64,000 nucleotides of DNA from the NCBI GenBank assembly GCA_050949565.1, contig JBMNFY010000011.1, forward strand, positions 26,069-90,068, read 5' to 3'. Source of the DNA: Kiritimatiellia bacterium. Its GTDB lineage: Bacteria > Verrucomicrobiota > Kiritimatiellia > RFP12 > UBA1067. Shown in pieces: positions 44,201 through 53,253 of the stretch. The notes under the pieces are model-generated. The model made no database searches. It was not told the origin of the DNA and was given only the letters and a program-made list of their open reading frames with translations. The first letter of the stretch is position 1, and each line of letters opens with the position of its first letter. The translations under genes were made by a program, and so were the position numbers.

Positions 44201-47200
44201 CGTGGCGGCACCGGTCACGACAGCGCCGCCGTCTCCGGTTTTGGTCAGCGTCTGCACACTGACCACGTCAGCGGCCAGTGTAACTTGGGAGCCGTCATCG
44301 ACCGTCACAGCCGGAGATGAACCGCTGAAATCCAACACACCGCTCTCAATGGTGCGCTCGGCCCCCGCAACGGACAACGTTCCAATGTTTTGCAGGCCGC
44401 CCTGCAGCGAGATGGTCTGTGCCGTCGCAACATCGTTTGTGATAATGGCGGCTGCACCAACACCTCCAGCGCGGATACCGCCCTGCCAATTGGTGGCAGT
44501 GGGCCAGTCGGCTTCTGCTGCGGTACCGATCCACACGCCATCTGCGGTCTGCTTGATCGGCCCATCAGCCAACAACACCTGCCGGGCGTGCGCCGCATAG
44601 ACCTCGCGCGGATCATGCGCGTAGGCGGTCAGCACCTGCTCGCCGTTGTGCTCGCTGTCGTCCCCCAACCGATAGAGGGCACGCGCCACGGCCAACTCCT
44701 TGAGGCAGTGGTTGCGCTCAATGTCAGCCTGCGCGTTTGAAAAGTCGGTAATCAGCGGCGCTGTCGCGGCATTCGGCAACGCATAGCCCTGCACGAGCGG
44801 TAACAAGGCGGCAAGCCACATGGCGGCAGAACCGCTGTCAAAGCTTTCGCTTGCCAACGCGACCGCACGGTAATGGGAGAAGCTCGACGCGGCGTTGAAC
44901 TGGATGGCCTTGGCAAGCAACGGCGAGACGCCTCCCGGATCCAACGTGCGTCCGAGCGCGATCAGATAGCTATCCATCATGCTCACGGAACGTCCATATT
45001 GGCCCATGCCGCGGAAATTCCAACCGGCATCCCATGGATTCGAGCTTACGACATCAACCAGCGTCTGCGCACCGACCGGATCGCCCAGCAACCCCAGAAC
45101 GTGAGCGTAGATCAGCCGATCCGCCGGACTGCCTGCACTGGCATACGCCGTGCGCAACATCGGCAGCGCGGTGGCGGTGTCGGCCAGCACCGTGGGCAAC
45201 GTGGCATAGTTATCGACCAAGCCTGTAACAGCCAGTTGAATCACATCTTGGGAGAGCGGGAAGCTGTCCGTGTTATTGGCGTAAGCAGCATCAATAATGC
45301 CCACACCAACCAGATGCGCTTGCAGCGCCGCGATGTCTACCGAACGCACGTCGACACCGGCCTGAACGGCCAGCGCCGCGGCGTAACCGGCCGCATAGCC
45401 TTGGTTCTGCACGTCGCGTTGCATGCGCAGCAGCGGCATGGCGTCGCGATGCGCGCTGATGCCAAGCCCTGTCACCAGCAGACCGTCCAGCGTCTTGGGC
45501 AACAACGCGCGGAACGGCAGGCTTGCCGTCCAAGAGGACGTGCCGGGGTCGTAGACGAAGAAGAGGTCATGCACCGTGAATCCGTGCGAGTCAAAGTTGC
45601 TGGTCGGCCGCACGATCGTGTCGGGCCATGTGCGGTTGTTCAAGATGTCGATCGGCGTGACAGTCACCGCGCCCACCAGACGACGCCGCTCACGCGTCGC
45701 GGGATTCTGTGCGGCATCCCAGGTCGACGCAGGCATACTCTTGCGCGCGCGCCGCGCGAAGAAAAACACGTCGGTCACATCGGCATCGCCCACGAAACCA
45801 ATATCGTTGTTGAGATAGCTGTTGCCCAGCACATGCCGTGCCCAGCCCGCGCCCTGCACGGCAGGTTCACTGCCCGTGATGAACTCGGTCTGAGCACCGG
45901 CGGCTGCGGCCACATCGGCGTTGCCGGTCGAATCGATCACCGTCTGCGCACGGATGACGCCGCGCTGGCCGTCGGGCAACACGACCACCACGCCCTTCAC
46001 CGCATCGCCGTCGACCACCGCCCCGTTCGCGAGCGTCCCGTAAAGCACGCGCACGTCGGCGGCACGGCACGCCTGCCTATACCACTCTGCCTTGGCGGTG
46101 TAGAGCGCGGCACCGGTCGCCTTCCAGCCGGGGTCAACATCATTCGCCGTAAACCCGCACGCATTGCCGTAGTAGTACGCGCCGATGCGCCCGTCGGTCT
46201 GCACACCGCCCATCGTGTAGAGCACATCCAGCACCAGCGTGTCGGCACCGGCGCGGCCGGCACTGATCGCGGCCGGCGCACCCGCCGTGCCCGCCCCGAC
46301 CACCAAGACCCCGCACGTCGCCAGCACCGGCAGCGAACGTTCACCCTCCTCGACCACACCCAGCGCGTTCGTGGCCACCGGCGGCAGTCCTGCCAGCGCT
46401 TCACGCACCTCTTCGGTCCCCGGCACAACGCCAACATCCGGCGGCAGCGAGACACCGGCGAGCGGTGCGCGAGCCAGCGCCTCGACGGCCGCGACCGCAC
46501 CAATGCGATCGGCCAGAGACATCATGCGCACCGGATGCTGCAGGTCGGCCGCCAGAGAACGCGGCAGGTCGGCCCGCACGCCCAGCACGTAGAGATACGG
46601 CACGTCTTGAGGCCGGAATGCGTCCAGATCCAGCGCATTGGCACCGGGCCACGCCGTGGCCTGCTCGGACGCCACACCGACGATGTGATCCGGCGGCAAC
46701 CACGAGAGACGGTCCGCCTGATCCAAGCAGGTCTTGGTCCACGTCAGATCACGCGCTGTCTGCTCGATCTCCAAAAGCTCCAGCATGCCGCCCGTTTGCA
46801 TGGGCACGGTGAAACTGCAACGGTAAACGCGTCCATCCACACTCGTCGGCATGCCTGCCGGCGCCTCCACACCACCGATCGTGACCGGATAGGTATGGCT
46901 CGGCAGGGCCTCGACACTCAGCCCCGGCGCGGAGGGTGCGTTCGTAGCATCTGCGATCACAATCCGCGAGAACGAGTAATCACCAGGCGTAAAGTCGGTC
47001 TTGACCGCCCCCGCGCAACGGGCGGGCCACGCGCCCTCGGTCGCGTCGATGACGACCCGCGCCGTCACCGCTTGGCGTCCCGCGCGGTTCGCCAGCACCA
47101 CGCCAGCAGGGTTTCCATCGGCATCCCGCAGGACATCGCACACCGGCGCACCGCCCAGAAAAGGGACCCCCTGCTCTTCCAACGTAAGGTCCAGCGTGCG

Positions 47201-48007
47201 CTTCAGCGTCAGCGGCGTGACGTGGCAACAACTGCCCCCTACCGGATCATTCGGGTCGGTATGGACGACCAGTTCGTCGAGCAACTGACGCACATACGTA
47301 CCTCCCGGCGTGATATTGCACGCTAGACGCAGAAAGCGGGCACTGAACGGAGCGCCCGGCACGATCCGGGCGACCCAAGTACTGTCGCCGTCCGTTGTCA
47401 ATTGCTCAAGTTCTGTGTTGTATGCGACGGCAGTCCACGTCACGCCGTCATCACTGCGCTCAAGGCCGGCGACCGTTGTTGAAAATGGGCTATTGCCGGA
47501 GAGGCGGACGTAGTAGTACAGATCCAGTTGCGTCACACTGCCCGCGCCGGCAAATGTGACCGTGATCACTACGTCCGAGTTATACTGGACGCTGCCTGTG
47601 ACTGCATTGAACTTAACGCCATCGGTCAACCGGGTATTACCGGGATCGCCGTGCGAGGCGTCCGGCACGACATTCGCCTGATAGGTAAACGGTACCTCGA
47701 GCGAGAAAACCTGTTGCGCCAACGGATGGGTATGGAATTCAGGAACCAGCGCGGGCCAGAGCTCACGCGTCCCGGCCAGATCGTCGCCCAGATAGGTGCG
47801 TGGTGCCACAAGAAACACGCTGGCCCCATTAGTTTTCGCGGCCACCGCCGCAGCCACCGCCGCGCTGCCGCCGCCGACCACCACGACATCCGCATCGCGG
47901 ACCACCGGCACGGAACGTGCGGTCTGCGCCACAGGTTCTGCTCTCAAAACGGCCTGCGTCAGGCACGTCGCACCCACACACATGATCGCAACACACGTTC
48001 TCATCAC
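41285..48007 (-). CDS. giant (2240 aa) exoprotein: 2 FAD-oxidoreductase domains + discoidin-like insert + autotransporter-associated beta-strand repeats + DUF642/CBM-like domain
   Basis: Signal 'VAIMCVGATCLTQAVLRA'. Dinucleotide folds 'DVVVVGGGSAAVAAAVAAKTNGASVFLV' and 'VLVVGAGTAGAPAAISAGRAGADTLVLD'. 'RLTDGV...DDGVTW...ARFLRL' is discoidin-like. Repeated 'G.LTK.G.G.L.L.G' beta-strand repeats follow. 'GFESNP...GWTF' is DUF642-like. The protein ends 'KSKSPGTLILLK'. Confidence 0.8.
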   Translation of the reverse strand: MMRTCVAIMCVGATCLTQAVLRAEPVAQTARSVPVVRDADVVVVGGGSAAVAAAVAAKTNGASVFLVAPRTYLGDDLAGTRELWPALVPEFHTHPLAQQVFSLEVPFTYQANVVPDASHGDPGNTRLTDGVKFNAVTGSVQYNSDVVITVTFAGAGSVTQLDLYYYVRLSGNSPFSTTVAGLERSDDGVTWTAVAYNTELEQLTTDGDSTWVARIVPGAPFSARFLRLACNITPGGTYVRQLLDELVVHTDPNDPVGGSCCHVTPLTLKRTLDLTLEEQGVPFLGGAPVCDVLRDADGNPAGVVLANRAGRQAVTARVVIDATEGAWPARCAGAVKTDFTPGDYSFSRIVIADATNAPSAPGLSVEALPSHTYPVTIGGVEAPAGMPTSVDGRVYRCSFTVPMQTGGMLELLEIEQTARDLTWTKTCLDQADRLSWLPPDHIVGVASEQATAWPGANALDLDAFRPQDVPYLYVLGVRADLPRSLAADLQHPVRMMSLADRIGAVAAVEALARAPLAGVSLPPDVGVVPGTEEVREALAGLPPVATNALGVVEEGERSLPVLATCGVLVVGAGTAGAPAAISAGRAGADTLVLDVLYTMGGVQTDGRIGAYYYGNACGFTANDVDPGWKATGAALYTAKAEWYRQACRAADVRVLYGTLANGAVVDGDAVKGVVVVLPDGQRGVIRAQTVIDSTGNADVAAAAGAQTEFITGSEPAVQGAGWARHVLGNSYLNNDIGFVGDADVTDVFFFARRARKSMPASTWDAAQNPATRERRRLVGAVTVTPIDILNNRTWPDTIVRPTSNFDSHGFTVHDLFFVYDPGTSSWTASLPFRALLPKTLDGLLVTGLGISAHRDAMPLLRMQRDVQNQGYAAGYAAALAVQAGVDVRSVDIAALQAHLVGVGIIDAAYANNTDSFPLSQDVIQLAVTGLVDNYATLPTVLADTATALPMLRTAYASAGSPADRLIYAHVLGLLGDPVGAQTLVDVVSSNPWDAGWNFRGMGQYGRSVSMMDSYLIALGRTLDPGGVSPLLAKAIQFNAASSFSHYRAVALASESFDSGSAAMWLAALLPLVQGYALPNAATAPLITDFSNAQADIERNHCLKELAVARALYRLGDDSEHNGEQVLTAYAHDPREVYAAHARQVLLADGPIKQTADGVWIGTAAEADWPTATNWQGGIRAGGVGAAAIITNDVATAQTISLQGGLQNIGTLSVAGAERTIESGVLDFSGSSPAVTVDDGSQVTLAADVVSVQTLTKTGDGGAVVTGAATLGGLAVQQGSLAFNDAAPRFFQAYAADPALHNTGAGGVSVSLRTDFQVNRLITVTHLGAYDSAGDGNGHFKKVAIFARTGGVPLAVTALGAAETYPLEGGYRFHRLPEPVALGPGEYALVTFGFREGDRYIEAGKEGVGEWAGTLNDGEGAISFLPGAYSTQGGALTFPTAALASQSESEYGVTAGSFRFAIGTTVKQVADPVRLAADATLDVGALDVRLNGGLQADGGGFGKVTNATAAYPVSLTLRVPTDETNTVPGTALGDRPDGPVTLVKTGDGRLDLQGPFSLAGGLHVGGGVVAADAVDAIGGGDLSFATGGRFEPRAGGTFGNMIYVPNQIYANDRSTRFVVPSGSTVTFTRGIETPRAHAFAGFVIQPHDDLSCFPDGRDDGVPLTVVNADGAYFGYVDLYLAGDALPGSGAALHRWSNVRGRLRKLSCGWDTADGCSVVFDEGCDFRADWLDIAGSNAVVSITNDAFVTVGNELRFVEGNATQLSLDGGRLRLPVLGVPNATDQHLSLSPLLFNGTVVEAARNTDFFIALSEASAAPLICNGGAIIDTLDYEVAIRGKGFAQAPDSTGALVKQGTGILKIAAPMTYTGPTLVSNGTLRLDFTLASPSNALVNLLAPESAVTVSAGAAFEVVGATNELGEVQHRQTLHRLVSEDAAGTNLRVTEADLAVNTLEGAWRKLGQGTFALTDCPENSTPFTGALTVSEGLFAVRGARTYVTVDVPYAGFESNPLLPEGGEQGAKDRRGAAATGCPGWTFNTDDAGYQRNGSYFAATALAYAPEGVQTAYVRRNGSIQVTLNFPVDGTYTLTFAYCPRYNAGIWYTNHVIYVQLAGAVCGSVTVTERGYLTATIPLVHVTAGTHILKFQGSTELIPQGDPCSLIDDIRISGVSEIAALQALSSDESSLTIETGARVELDYPGKFVVGDLVINGVRYVGGQYGALTHPEVFSGTGVVKSKSPGTLILLK

Positions 48008-48092
48008 GCCTACCTCCTACGCTCCTCGCCAGCCCATCTAATACTTACTGGCTAGCACTGTACCGAAAACAGCGTGGCTTGGTCAACAGGGA

Positions 48093-49505
48093 TCAAGAGA
48101 CAATGCCCAGCGGCGGCGTCTTTTCCCAGACACCACGGGTGAAGTCCGGCACGTCCACCGAACGACTGCGATTCGCCACGGAATCCGCGCTCAACGTGCC
48201 GACCGCGCTCCAAGCGGCCGCGTCGTACACGGTCTGGTCCAGCGGTTCGCCGTTGCGCAGACAGTAGATCACGCGCCAGTTCATGATGAAGTCCATGCCG
48301 CCGTGTCCGCCGACCCGTTTCGCCTCGGCGCCCATGCGCTTCCAGAGCGGATGGTCGTAAGCTTCGAACCACGGTGCCATGTCTTGATCCCAGGCATGGT
48401 AGTTGGTGGTCTTTTTGTCGCCCAGAATCTTCTGGATCGCAGGCGGCAGATCCTCTTTCTTATAGTCCAGCGCAATGCGGTTCGGGAAACCACCGAACGT
48501 TCCGCGCGTGCCCTGAATCAAATTGTGGCGGCTGTAAGGGCGCGGGGTGGTCTCGTCCCACTGCACCATGATCGAGCGCCCCTTGACAGTTTTGATGATC
48601 GTGGTGTTGATGTCACCGCAACGCCACTCCTTGATCTGGTTCCACTTGTGGTCAGCGGGGAAGCGCTCTTTGGCATACAGCGCGCGACCGAGCGCCGGAG
48701 ACGACACCGAACTCAGATAATCAAAGCGATCCCCCTGGTTGATGCCCATGTACTGCGCTATCGGGCCCAGGCCGTGGGTCGGATACAGGTTGCCGTTGCG
48801 CCGCGCGTAGTGCAAGGTGCGCCACGAGCCCGTGCCGTGCTCCACTTGGTTCATCTGCCCGCGCAGCTCATGGATATAGGCGGCTTCACCGTGCAGCAAC
48901 TCACCGAAAAGCCCTTGCCTGACCATGTTCAGCACCATCAGCTCCTCACGCCCATAATTGACGTTCTCAAGCATCATGCAGTGACGCCGCGTCTTCTCCG
49001 CCGTATCAACCAGCGCCCAGCACTCTTCTGTTGTGATCGCGGCGGGAACCTCGAGGAAAGCGTGCTTTCCAGCCCGCATCGTATCAAGCGCCTGTGGCGT
49101 GTGCAGTTCCCAAGGGGTTGCGATATAGACGATATCGACATCGTCACGCTCGAGCATCTTTTTGTAGGCTTCCGGACCATCGCTGAACGTCGCCGGCTTC
49201 GGCTTCCCTGCATCGGCAACGCGCTTGAGCGCACGATCTAACGTGGGCTGGTGGATGTCGCACAGCGCCGTGACCTCCGCCCCCTCGATTTTGAGCATGT
49301 CACCAAGATGGCCGCTGCCGCGTCCTAAGCCGATGAAACCCACGCGCACACGCTCCATCTTCGGCGTTCTGAGCCCCATCACAGTAGTTCCTGCACTACC
49401 TTGGGCGCGCGCTGAGGTCGGCTTAAGTACCTGCGCGGCAGCCGCACCGTATCCGGCCACGGCTGACAATTTCAGAAAATCACGACGCGATGCTTTGTAC
49501 GACAT
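48093..49505 (-). CDS. Tat-exported GH109-like NAD-dependent glycosidase (Gfo/Idh/MocA fold)
   Basis: Start at ATG 49505 (GGGAGA upstream) with Tat leader '[22 protein letters not shown]'. '[36 protein letters not shown]', '[12 protein letters not shown]', 'YDHPLWKR', 'GGHGGMDF' and 'VPDFTRGVW' parallel Elizabethkingia GH109 as I recall it. Confidence 0.75.
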   Translation of the reverse strand: MSYKASRRDFLKLSAVAGYGAAAAQVLKPTSARAQGSAGTTVMGLRTPKMERVRVGFIGLGRGSGHLGDMLKIEGAEVTALCDIHQPTLDRALKRVADAGKPKPATFSDGPEAYKKMLERDDVDIVYIATPWELHTPQALDTMRAGKHAFLEVPAAITTEECWALVDTAEKTRRHCMMLENVNYGREELMVLNMVRQGLFGELLHGEAAYIHELRGQMNQVEHGTGSWRTLHYARRNGNLYPTHGLGPIAQYMGINQGDRFDYLSSVSSPALGRALYAKERFPADHKWNQIKEWRCGDINTTIIKTVKGRSIMVQWDETTPRPYSRHNLIQGTRGTFGGFPNRIALDYKKEDLPPAIQKILGDKKTTNYHAWDQDMAPWFEAYDHPLWKRMGAEAKRVGGHGGMDFIMNWRVIYCLRNGEPLDQTVYDAAAWSAVGTLSADSVANRSRSVDVPDFTRGVWEKTPPLGIVS

Positions 49506-49607
49506 TTCTTTCTCCCTGCTCTTTTGTCTGTTGCACAGTTTCAATTGAAAACTGTGTGGTATATTAAATCCTACATGCCCTTCAAGCAAGCGCAAAGGCG
49601 AGCATCA

Positions 49608-51716
49608 TCACTCACTGCGCGCGGGACGTCGCATCCCCATCTTTTCAAGCGGCAGCGGCTTGAACCCCGGGATGCGCGTGAAGACCGGCGAATCGGGCTT
49701 CAACCGGAAATCTCGCTGCTGCATGTTGACGAACCCGGGATCGTCAAATGTCACGAATTGGAGTTCGTTGGTCACCCAGCGGTTGCTCTTAACCTCATCG
49801 CACTTCACAAACAGATTGCGCACGGCGATGTTGTCGCGCGCGGCACCGGGCTTTGGATCCATGAACCCGATCAACTCCGGATATGCCTCGGTATAGGGCG
49901 GCTGCGTGATGTCCACCTCTTTGAGCAGCCGCTCCTGCCACAGCGGTGCCTCGATGAATGCCTTCCAACGCGCATCATTCCACGGAGCGGAACCCAACGC
50001 GCGTTTGCACTCGATGAAGACGCAGTTGTCCACGGTGTTGCCGTGTCCGCCATGCGAAAAGACCGTGCCGAAAGAACCTTTGCCGGGGTCGCCGCAACGG
50101 AAGAACAGATTGCCGTAGACCGTTTCGCCGCCATCGCCGTCGTCAAAGTAAACCGCCGCGTTGCCATGCCCGCGCGGGCTCCCGATCTCGCTCCACAGGT
50201 TGTAGCGCAGCACGTTGCCGCGACAAGACGGATTACGCCCCTTGTAGAATGCGGCCGCGTCGTCAGAGGCCATGCAGACGTTGCTGACCACGTTGTACTC
50301 GAACAGGTGGTTGTTGCCGTGCATGCTGATCGCCTGATGCGGCGCGTCGTGAATCAGATTGTGGCGGGCCACGTTGCCGACACCGGAAAAATGCAGCGCG
50401 CTGGCGTACGTGAACTGATGCACGGAGAAACGCCGGATGTGCGTATCTTCCAGCACATGCCCCGCAGGCGTCAGCGTCTTGCGGTCTCCTCCGCCCAACG
50501 TCACGCCGCCCGTGCCGGTGTCGTAAATGTCGCACCGCGCGATCCGGTTGGATGCGCCGCCGTTCATGTGAATCGACTTGCGCCGCAAATTGCGGAACAC
50601 GCACTCCTCCACGGTCACCCGCCGACACTCGGTGATCGTCAGTCCATCTCCCTGCCCCTCTTCAAAGATCAGACCGCGCAACGCGATGTCGGTCGCATTC
50701 TGCAAAACGATGAGCGGTTCGTCACGCACCGCCAGCGCAACCCGTGCCTGCGTAAGATCCTGATCGGGCCAGAGGTAGAGCCGGTTCGCCGCGACATCAA
50801 TGAAGTATTCGCCGGGACGATCCAACTCTTCGAGTAGATTGACCGCACGCCAGCGGCGCGGCGACGGATTGCCCTGGCGCACACCGTAAACATGCGCCAC
50901 CTTGAACGTAATCCGGCGCTGCGCGGGATCGATGGCCGCCACGCGGATCGCGTCGTCATACCAGTCGAAACACCAGAACCCATGCAGCCACACGCCCCGC
51001 TCCACCCGCCAACGCGCCGGACGGTCGCCCTCGTACTCAAATACGCCGCCGCGATTCTCTTTGGGACGCGCCTTCTTCGGGTCAGCCGAATCCGAAACCG
51101 ATCCATCGTTGCGCATCGTTCCTTGGTCGATGATCTTGGCGATCGTCGCCCAGCCCTCGTTCGGCCAGCAAGCCAGCGTCATACGGCGACCGTTGACAAA
51201 CAGTTCCGGAATACCGAACGGCAACCGGAAATTGTCGCGCGGCACAGAGGTCTTCGGGAAACCCAGCGCATTCAGGTCCGCACAGCGCACCTGTCCGCGT
51301 GCCGCCGGATCGAGGCGTTCGTCGATCGCATCCCCCGCAAGCGGTTGGAACGCACCGCAAGGAATCGGACGCGCACCGGTCAGAGAGACCACGGCACCCG
51401 GCGCCGCCTTATAGACGATCGGCGCACCCTCCGCGCCGGAGTCTTCCGCTTCCAACTTTAAACTGCGGGTCAACGCATAGCGTCCGGCATGCAACACCAC
51501 CTCGGCGCCGCCCGGCAACGCCCCTGCTTTCTTAGCTGCGCGCACCGCATCACGCGCCCGTTCCAGCGTCGCAAACGGCGCATCGGCACTTCCCGGCCCC
51601 GCATCATTACCGTCCGGCCGCACATGAAACACACGCGCATCCGCACCGTACACGCCGAGCGCCGTTCCCCACACGCCTGCCAAGCAGAGCACCGTCATTC
51701 CGTATTTCAGCATCAT
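49608..51716 (-). CDS. exported right-handed parallel beta-helix protein (pectate-lyase-fold)
   Basis: ATGATG start with an ATGA overlap onto the ogt stop. Signal 'MTVLCLAGVWGTALGVYGA'. 'FHVRPDGNDAGPGSADAPFATLERARDAV' is the typical N-terminal cap. Repeated 'N.I.R.DI.DTG.GG' and 'H.N...N.V' coils follow. Confidence 0.8.
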   Translation of the reverse strand: MMLKYGMTVLCLAGVWGTALGVYGADARVFHVRPDGNDAGPGSADAPFATLERARDAVRAAKKAGALPGGAEVVLHAGRYALTRSLKLEAEDSGAEGAPIVYKAAPGAVVSLTGARPIPCGAFQPLAGDAIDERLDPAARGQVRCADLNALGFPKTSVPRDNFRLPFGIPELFVNGRRMTLACWPNEGWATIAKIIDQGTMRNDGSVSDSADPKKARPKENRGGVFEYEGDRPARWRVERGVWLHGFWCFDWYDDAIRVAAIDPAQRRITFKVAHVYGVRQGNPSPRRWRAVNLLEELDRPGEYFIDVAANRLYLWPDQDLTQARVALAVRDEPLIVLQNATDIALRGLIFEEGQGDGLTITECRRVTVEECVFRNLRRKSIHMNGGASNRIARCDIYDTGTGGVTLGGGDRKTLTPAGHVLEDTHIRRFSVHQFTYASALHFSGVGNVARHNLIHDAPHQAISMHGNNHLFEYNVVSNVCMASDDAAAFYKGRNPSCRGNVLRYNLWSEIGSPRGHGNAAVYFDDGDGGETVYGNLFFRCGDPGKGSFGTVFSHGGHGNTVDNCVFIECKRALGSAPWNDARWKAFIEAPLWQERLLKEVDITQPPYTEAYPELIGFMDPKPGAARDNIAVRNLFVKCDEVKSNRWVTNELQFVTFDDPGFVNMQQRDFRLKPDSPVFTRIPGFKPLPLEKMGMRRPARSE

Positions 51717-52180
51717 CCCCTCATCCCCCTTTTTTCCAGCGCCAGCAGCCACGCCTTGCGCGACAGCCCGCCGCCATATCCCACCAAACTCCCGTCCGCG
51801 CCGATCACACGGTGGCACGGAATGATGATCGCAATCGGGTTGCGGTTATTGGCCATACCGACCGCGCGCGTGGCCTTGGGATTCCCGACAGCCGCCGCTG
51901 CCCGCTGATAACTCCACATCTCACCATACGGGATCGTTTCAAGCACAGCCCACACACGCCGTTGAAACGGCGTTCCCACCGGAGCCAACGGTAGCGAAAA
52001 AACCGTCAACCTGCCATCCAGATACGCCTGCAACTGGCGGAACGTCTCATCCAGCAACGCCCCCTCCGCCACGCTAGCATCCCTTGCCTCCTCGTCGGCA
52101 AAAAACACCCGCGTCACCGCGCCGTCCTTCACCTCAACGCCAATCCAACCCAGCTCTGTTTTTCGATAAGCAAGTGCCAT
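51713..52180 (-). CDS. ogt: methylated-DNA--protein-cysteine methyltransferase
   Basis: Active site 'IIIPCHRVIGADGSLVGYGGGL..K.WLL..E' and upstream 'TPFQRRVW..L..IPYGE..SY'. Confidence 0.93.
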   Translation of the reverse strand: MALAYRKTELGWIGVEVKDGAVTRVFFADEEARDASVAEGALLDETFRQLQAYLDGRLTVFSLPLAPVGTPFQRRVWAVLETIPYGEMWSYQRAAAAVGNPKATRAVGMANNRNPIAIIIPCHRVIGADGSLVGYGGGLSRKAWLLALEKRGMRG

Positions 52181-52194
52181 GACCTTTTCTGTTA

Positions 52195-52231
52195 ACGCTC
52201 AACCATGAAACACATGAAACTTCATGAAAAT
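52195..52231. repeat. 37-bp direct repeat, left copy (flanks mazEF)
   Basis: 'aacgctcaaccatgaaacacatgaaacttcatgaaaa' is identical to 53069-53105. Confidence 0.95.
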
Positions 52232-52365
52232 CAGGGACGAGCAGGTACCCATCCCTCTTGGCGATCTCGGCATCTTGGCGGTTCCAAAAACTCCCCAAAA
52301 AATCTGTGTAATCTGTGCCATCTGTGGATAGAAATATCAGTGGATGAGAATAAATTGGCGGGGGT

Positions 52366-52692
52366 TCACTCCCCGTACATTTCCGTAATGGCACGGCGCA
52401 GAGCCGCAGCATCGCACTCGGGCAACGACCCCAGCTTGCGGCCAAACCGTTTTTTGCTGATGGTTCGGATTTGATCAACCGCGATTTCTGCCGGTCTGCC
52501 GGCGCATCGGATCTGAATGCGTGACCGCCAGCCCGGATGTATCTGGCTGGTCAACGGGCAGACCGTCACTGTCGCCAACACCTCATTCAGGGCATCCAGG
52601 CTCACAATCACAACCGGCCGTGTCTTGGCAATCTCTGATCCACGCACAGGATCCAGTTCTGCCCAAAAAATGTCGTACCGTTTTATATTCAC
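52366..52692 (-). CDS. mazF: type II toxin, PemK/MazF-family endoribonuclease
   Basis: 'YDIFWAELDPVRGSEIAKTRPVVIVS...VTVCPLTS' is the MazF/PemK core. It overlaps the antitoxin gene by 4 nt. Confidence 0.88.
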   Translation of the reverse strand: MNIKRYDIFWAELDPVRGSEIAKTRPVVIVSLDALNEVLATVTVCPLTSQIHPGWRSRIQIRCAGRPAEIAVDQIRTISKKRFGRKLGSLPECDAAALRRAITEMYGE

Positions 52693-53018
52693 ATCCGCGC
52701 CGATTGTTTTGGATGGACGCGATAAGCGGCCGGTTTTTCAGCCGCCCGTTCTGCCTCCCACGGAACGGTTTCGATTCCATCGGACGCAGTGACCTCCCAT
52801 GCTAACCAATCCTCTTCCTCGGCGGCCATCGCCCGCGCCGTTTCCGCCCATGACAACTTTTGCCCCGTCTGCGGTTTCGGGCACAACAAGATGCCATCCT
52901 GAGTCTCATTCAGCACAAGCGTCTCCCCCACGTCGTATCTGCGCAGCACGTCCGCAGGGATTCTCACTCCGCGCGAATTCCCGATCCTCACAACTTTCAC
53001 CTCAACCGTTTGCATCAT
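52689..53018 (-). CDS. mazE: type II antitoxin, AbrB/MazE/SpoVT-type
   Basis: 'VKVVRIGNSRGVRIPADVLRRYDVGETL' is a swapped-hairpin AbrB/MazE DNA-binding domain, followed by an acidic C-terminal tail. Confidence 0.85.
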   Translation of the reverse strand: MMQTVEVKVVRIGNSRGVRIPADVLRRYDVGETLVLNETQDGILLCPKPQTGQKLSWAETARAMAAEEEDWLAWEVTASDGIETVPWEAERAAEKPAAYRVHPKQSARM

Positions 53019-53068
53019 AACCTCCCAACCAATACGTAATTACAGTACCAACATTTCGATGCAAGGTC

Positions 53069-53105
53069 AACGCTCAACCATGAAACACATGAAACTTCAT
53101 GAAAA
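53069..53105. repeat. 37-bp direct repeat, right copy (flanks mazEF)
   Basis: Identical to 52195-52231. The downstream spacers also share 'ccccaaaaa(a)tc..taatctgtg..gat'. Confidence 0.95.
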
Positions 53106-53164
53106 ACCATGCCATGCCTTTCCGTGTGTTCAGTGTATTCCGTGGTTAAAAACCCCGCGCCACG

Positions 53165-53207
53165 CCCCCAAAAAACTCTGCGTCTCTGCGCCTCTGCGTT
53201 AAAAACC
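53165..53207. repeat. partial third copy of the 'ctctgcgtctctgcgcctctgcgttaaa' module
   Basis: 'cccccaaaaaactctgcgtctctgcgcctctgcgttaaaaacc' matches 63514-63556 and the reverse complement of 21098-21140. Confidence 0.85.
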
Positions 53208-53253
53208 CCGAGCCATGCCCCAAAAATCGTAATCTGTGGATGCAAAAAAACGC

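Noticed and set aside
44873-47326. 817-aa plus-strand ORF. Similar long antisense ORFs occur at 4188-5285, 19529-20413, 36483-37283, 37138-38112, 39110-40066, 42659-43531, 49524-50837, 53236-54093, 54121-55680 and 58863-60431.
   Set aside because: All lie opposite genes with clear family signatures. Their translations are Arg/Gly/Ala/His/Pro-rich and low in complexity. They show no recognisable motif, signal or RBS. This is the usual stop-codon-poor antisense artefact of high-GC DNA.
51711-51716. ATGA start/stop overlap coupling ogt (DNA repair) to an exported beta-helix protein, as a possible functional link.
   Set aside because: Four-nucleotide overlaps are common in compact operons and occur several times here (25428, 52689). 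There is no rationale for a functional link beyond co-transcription.
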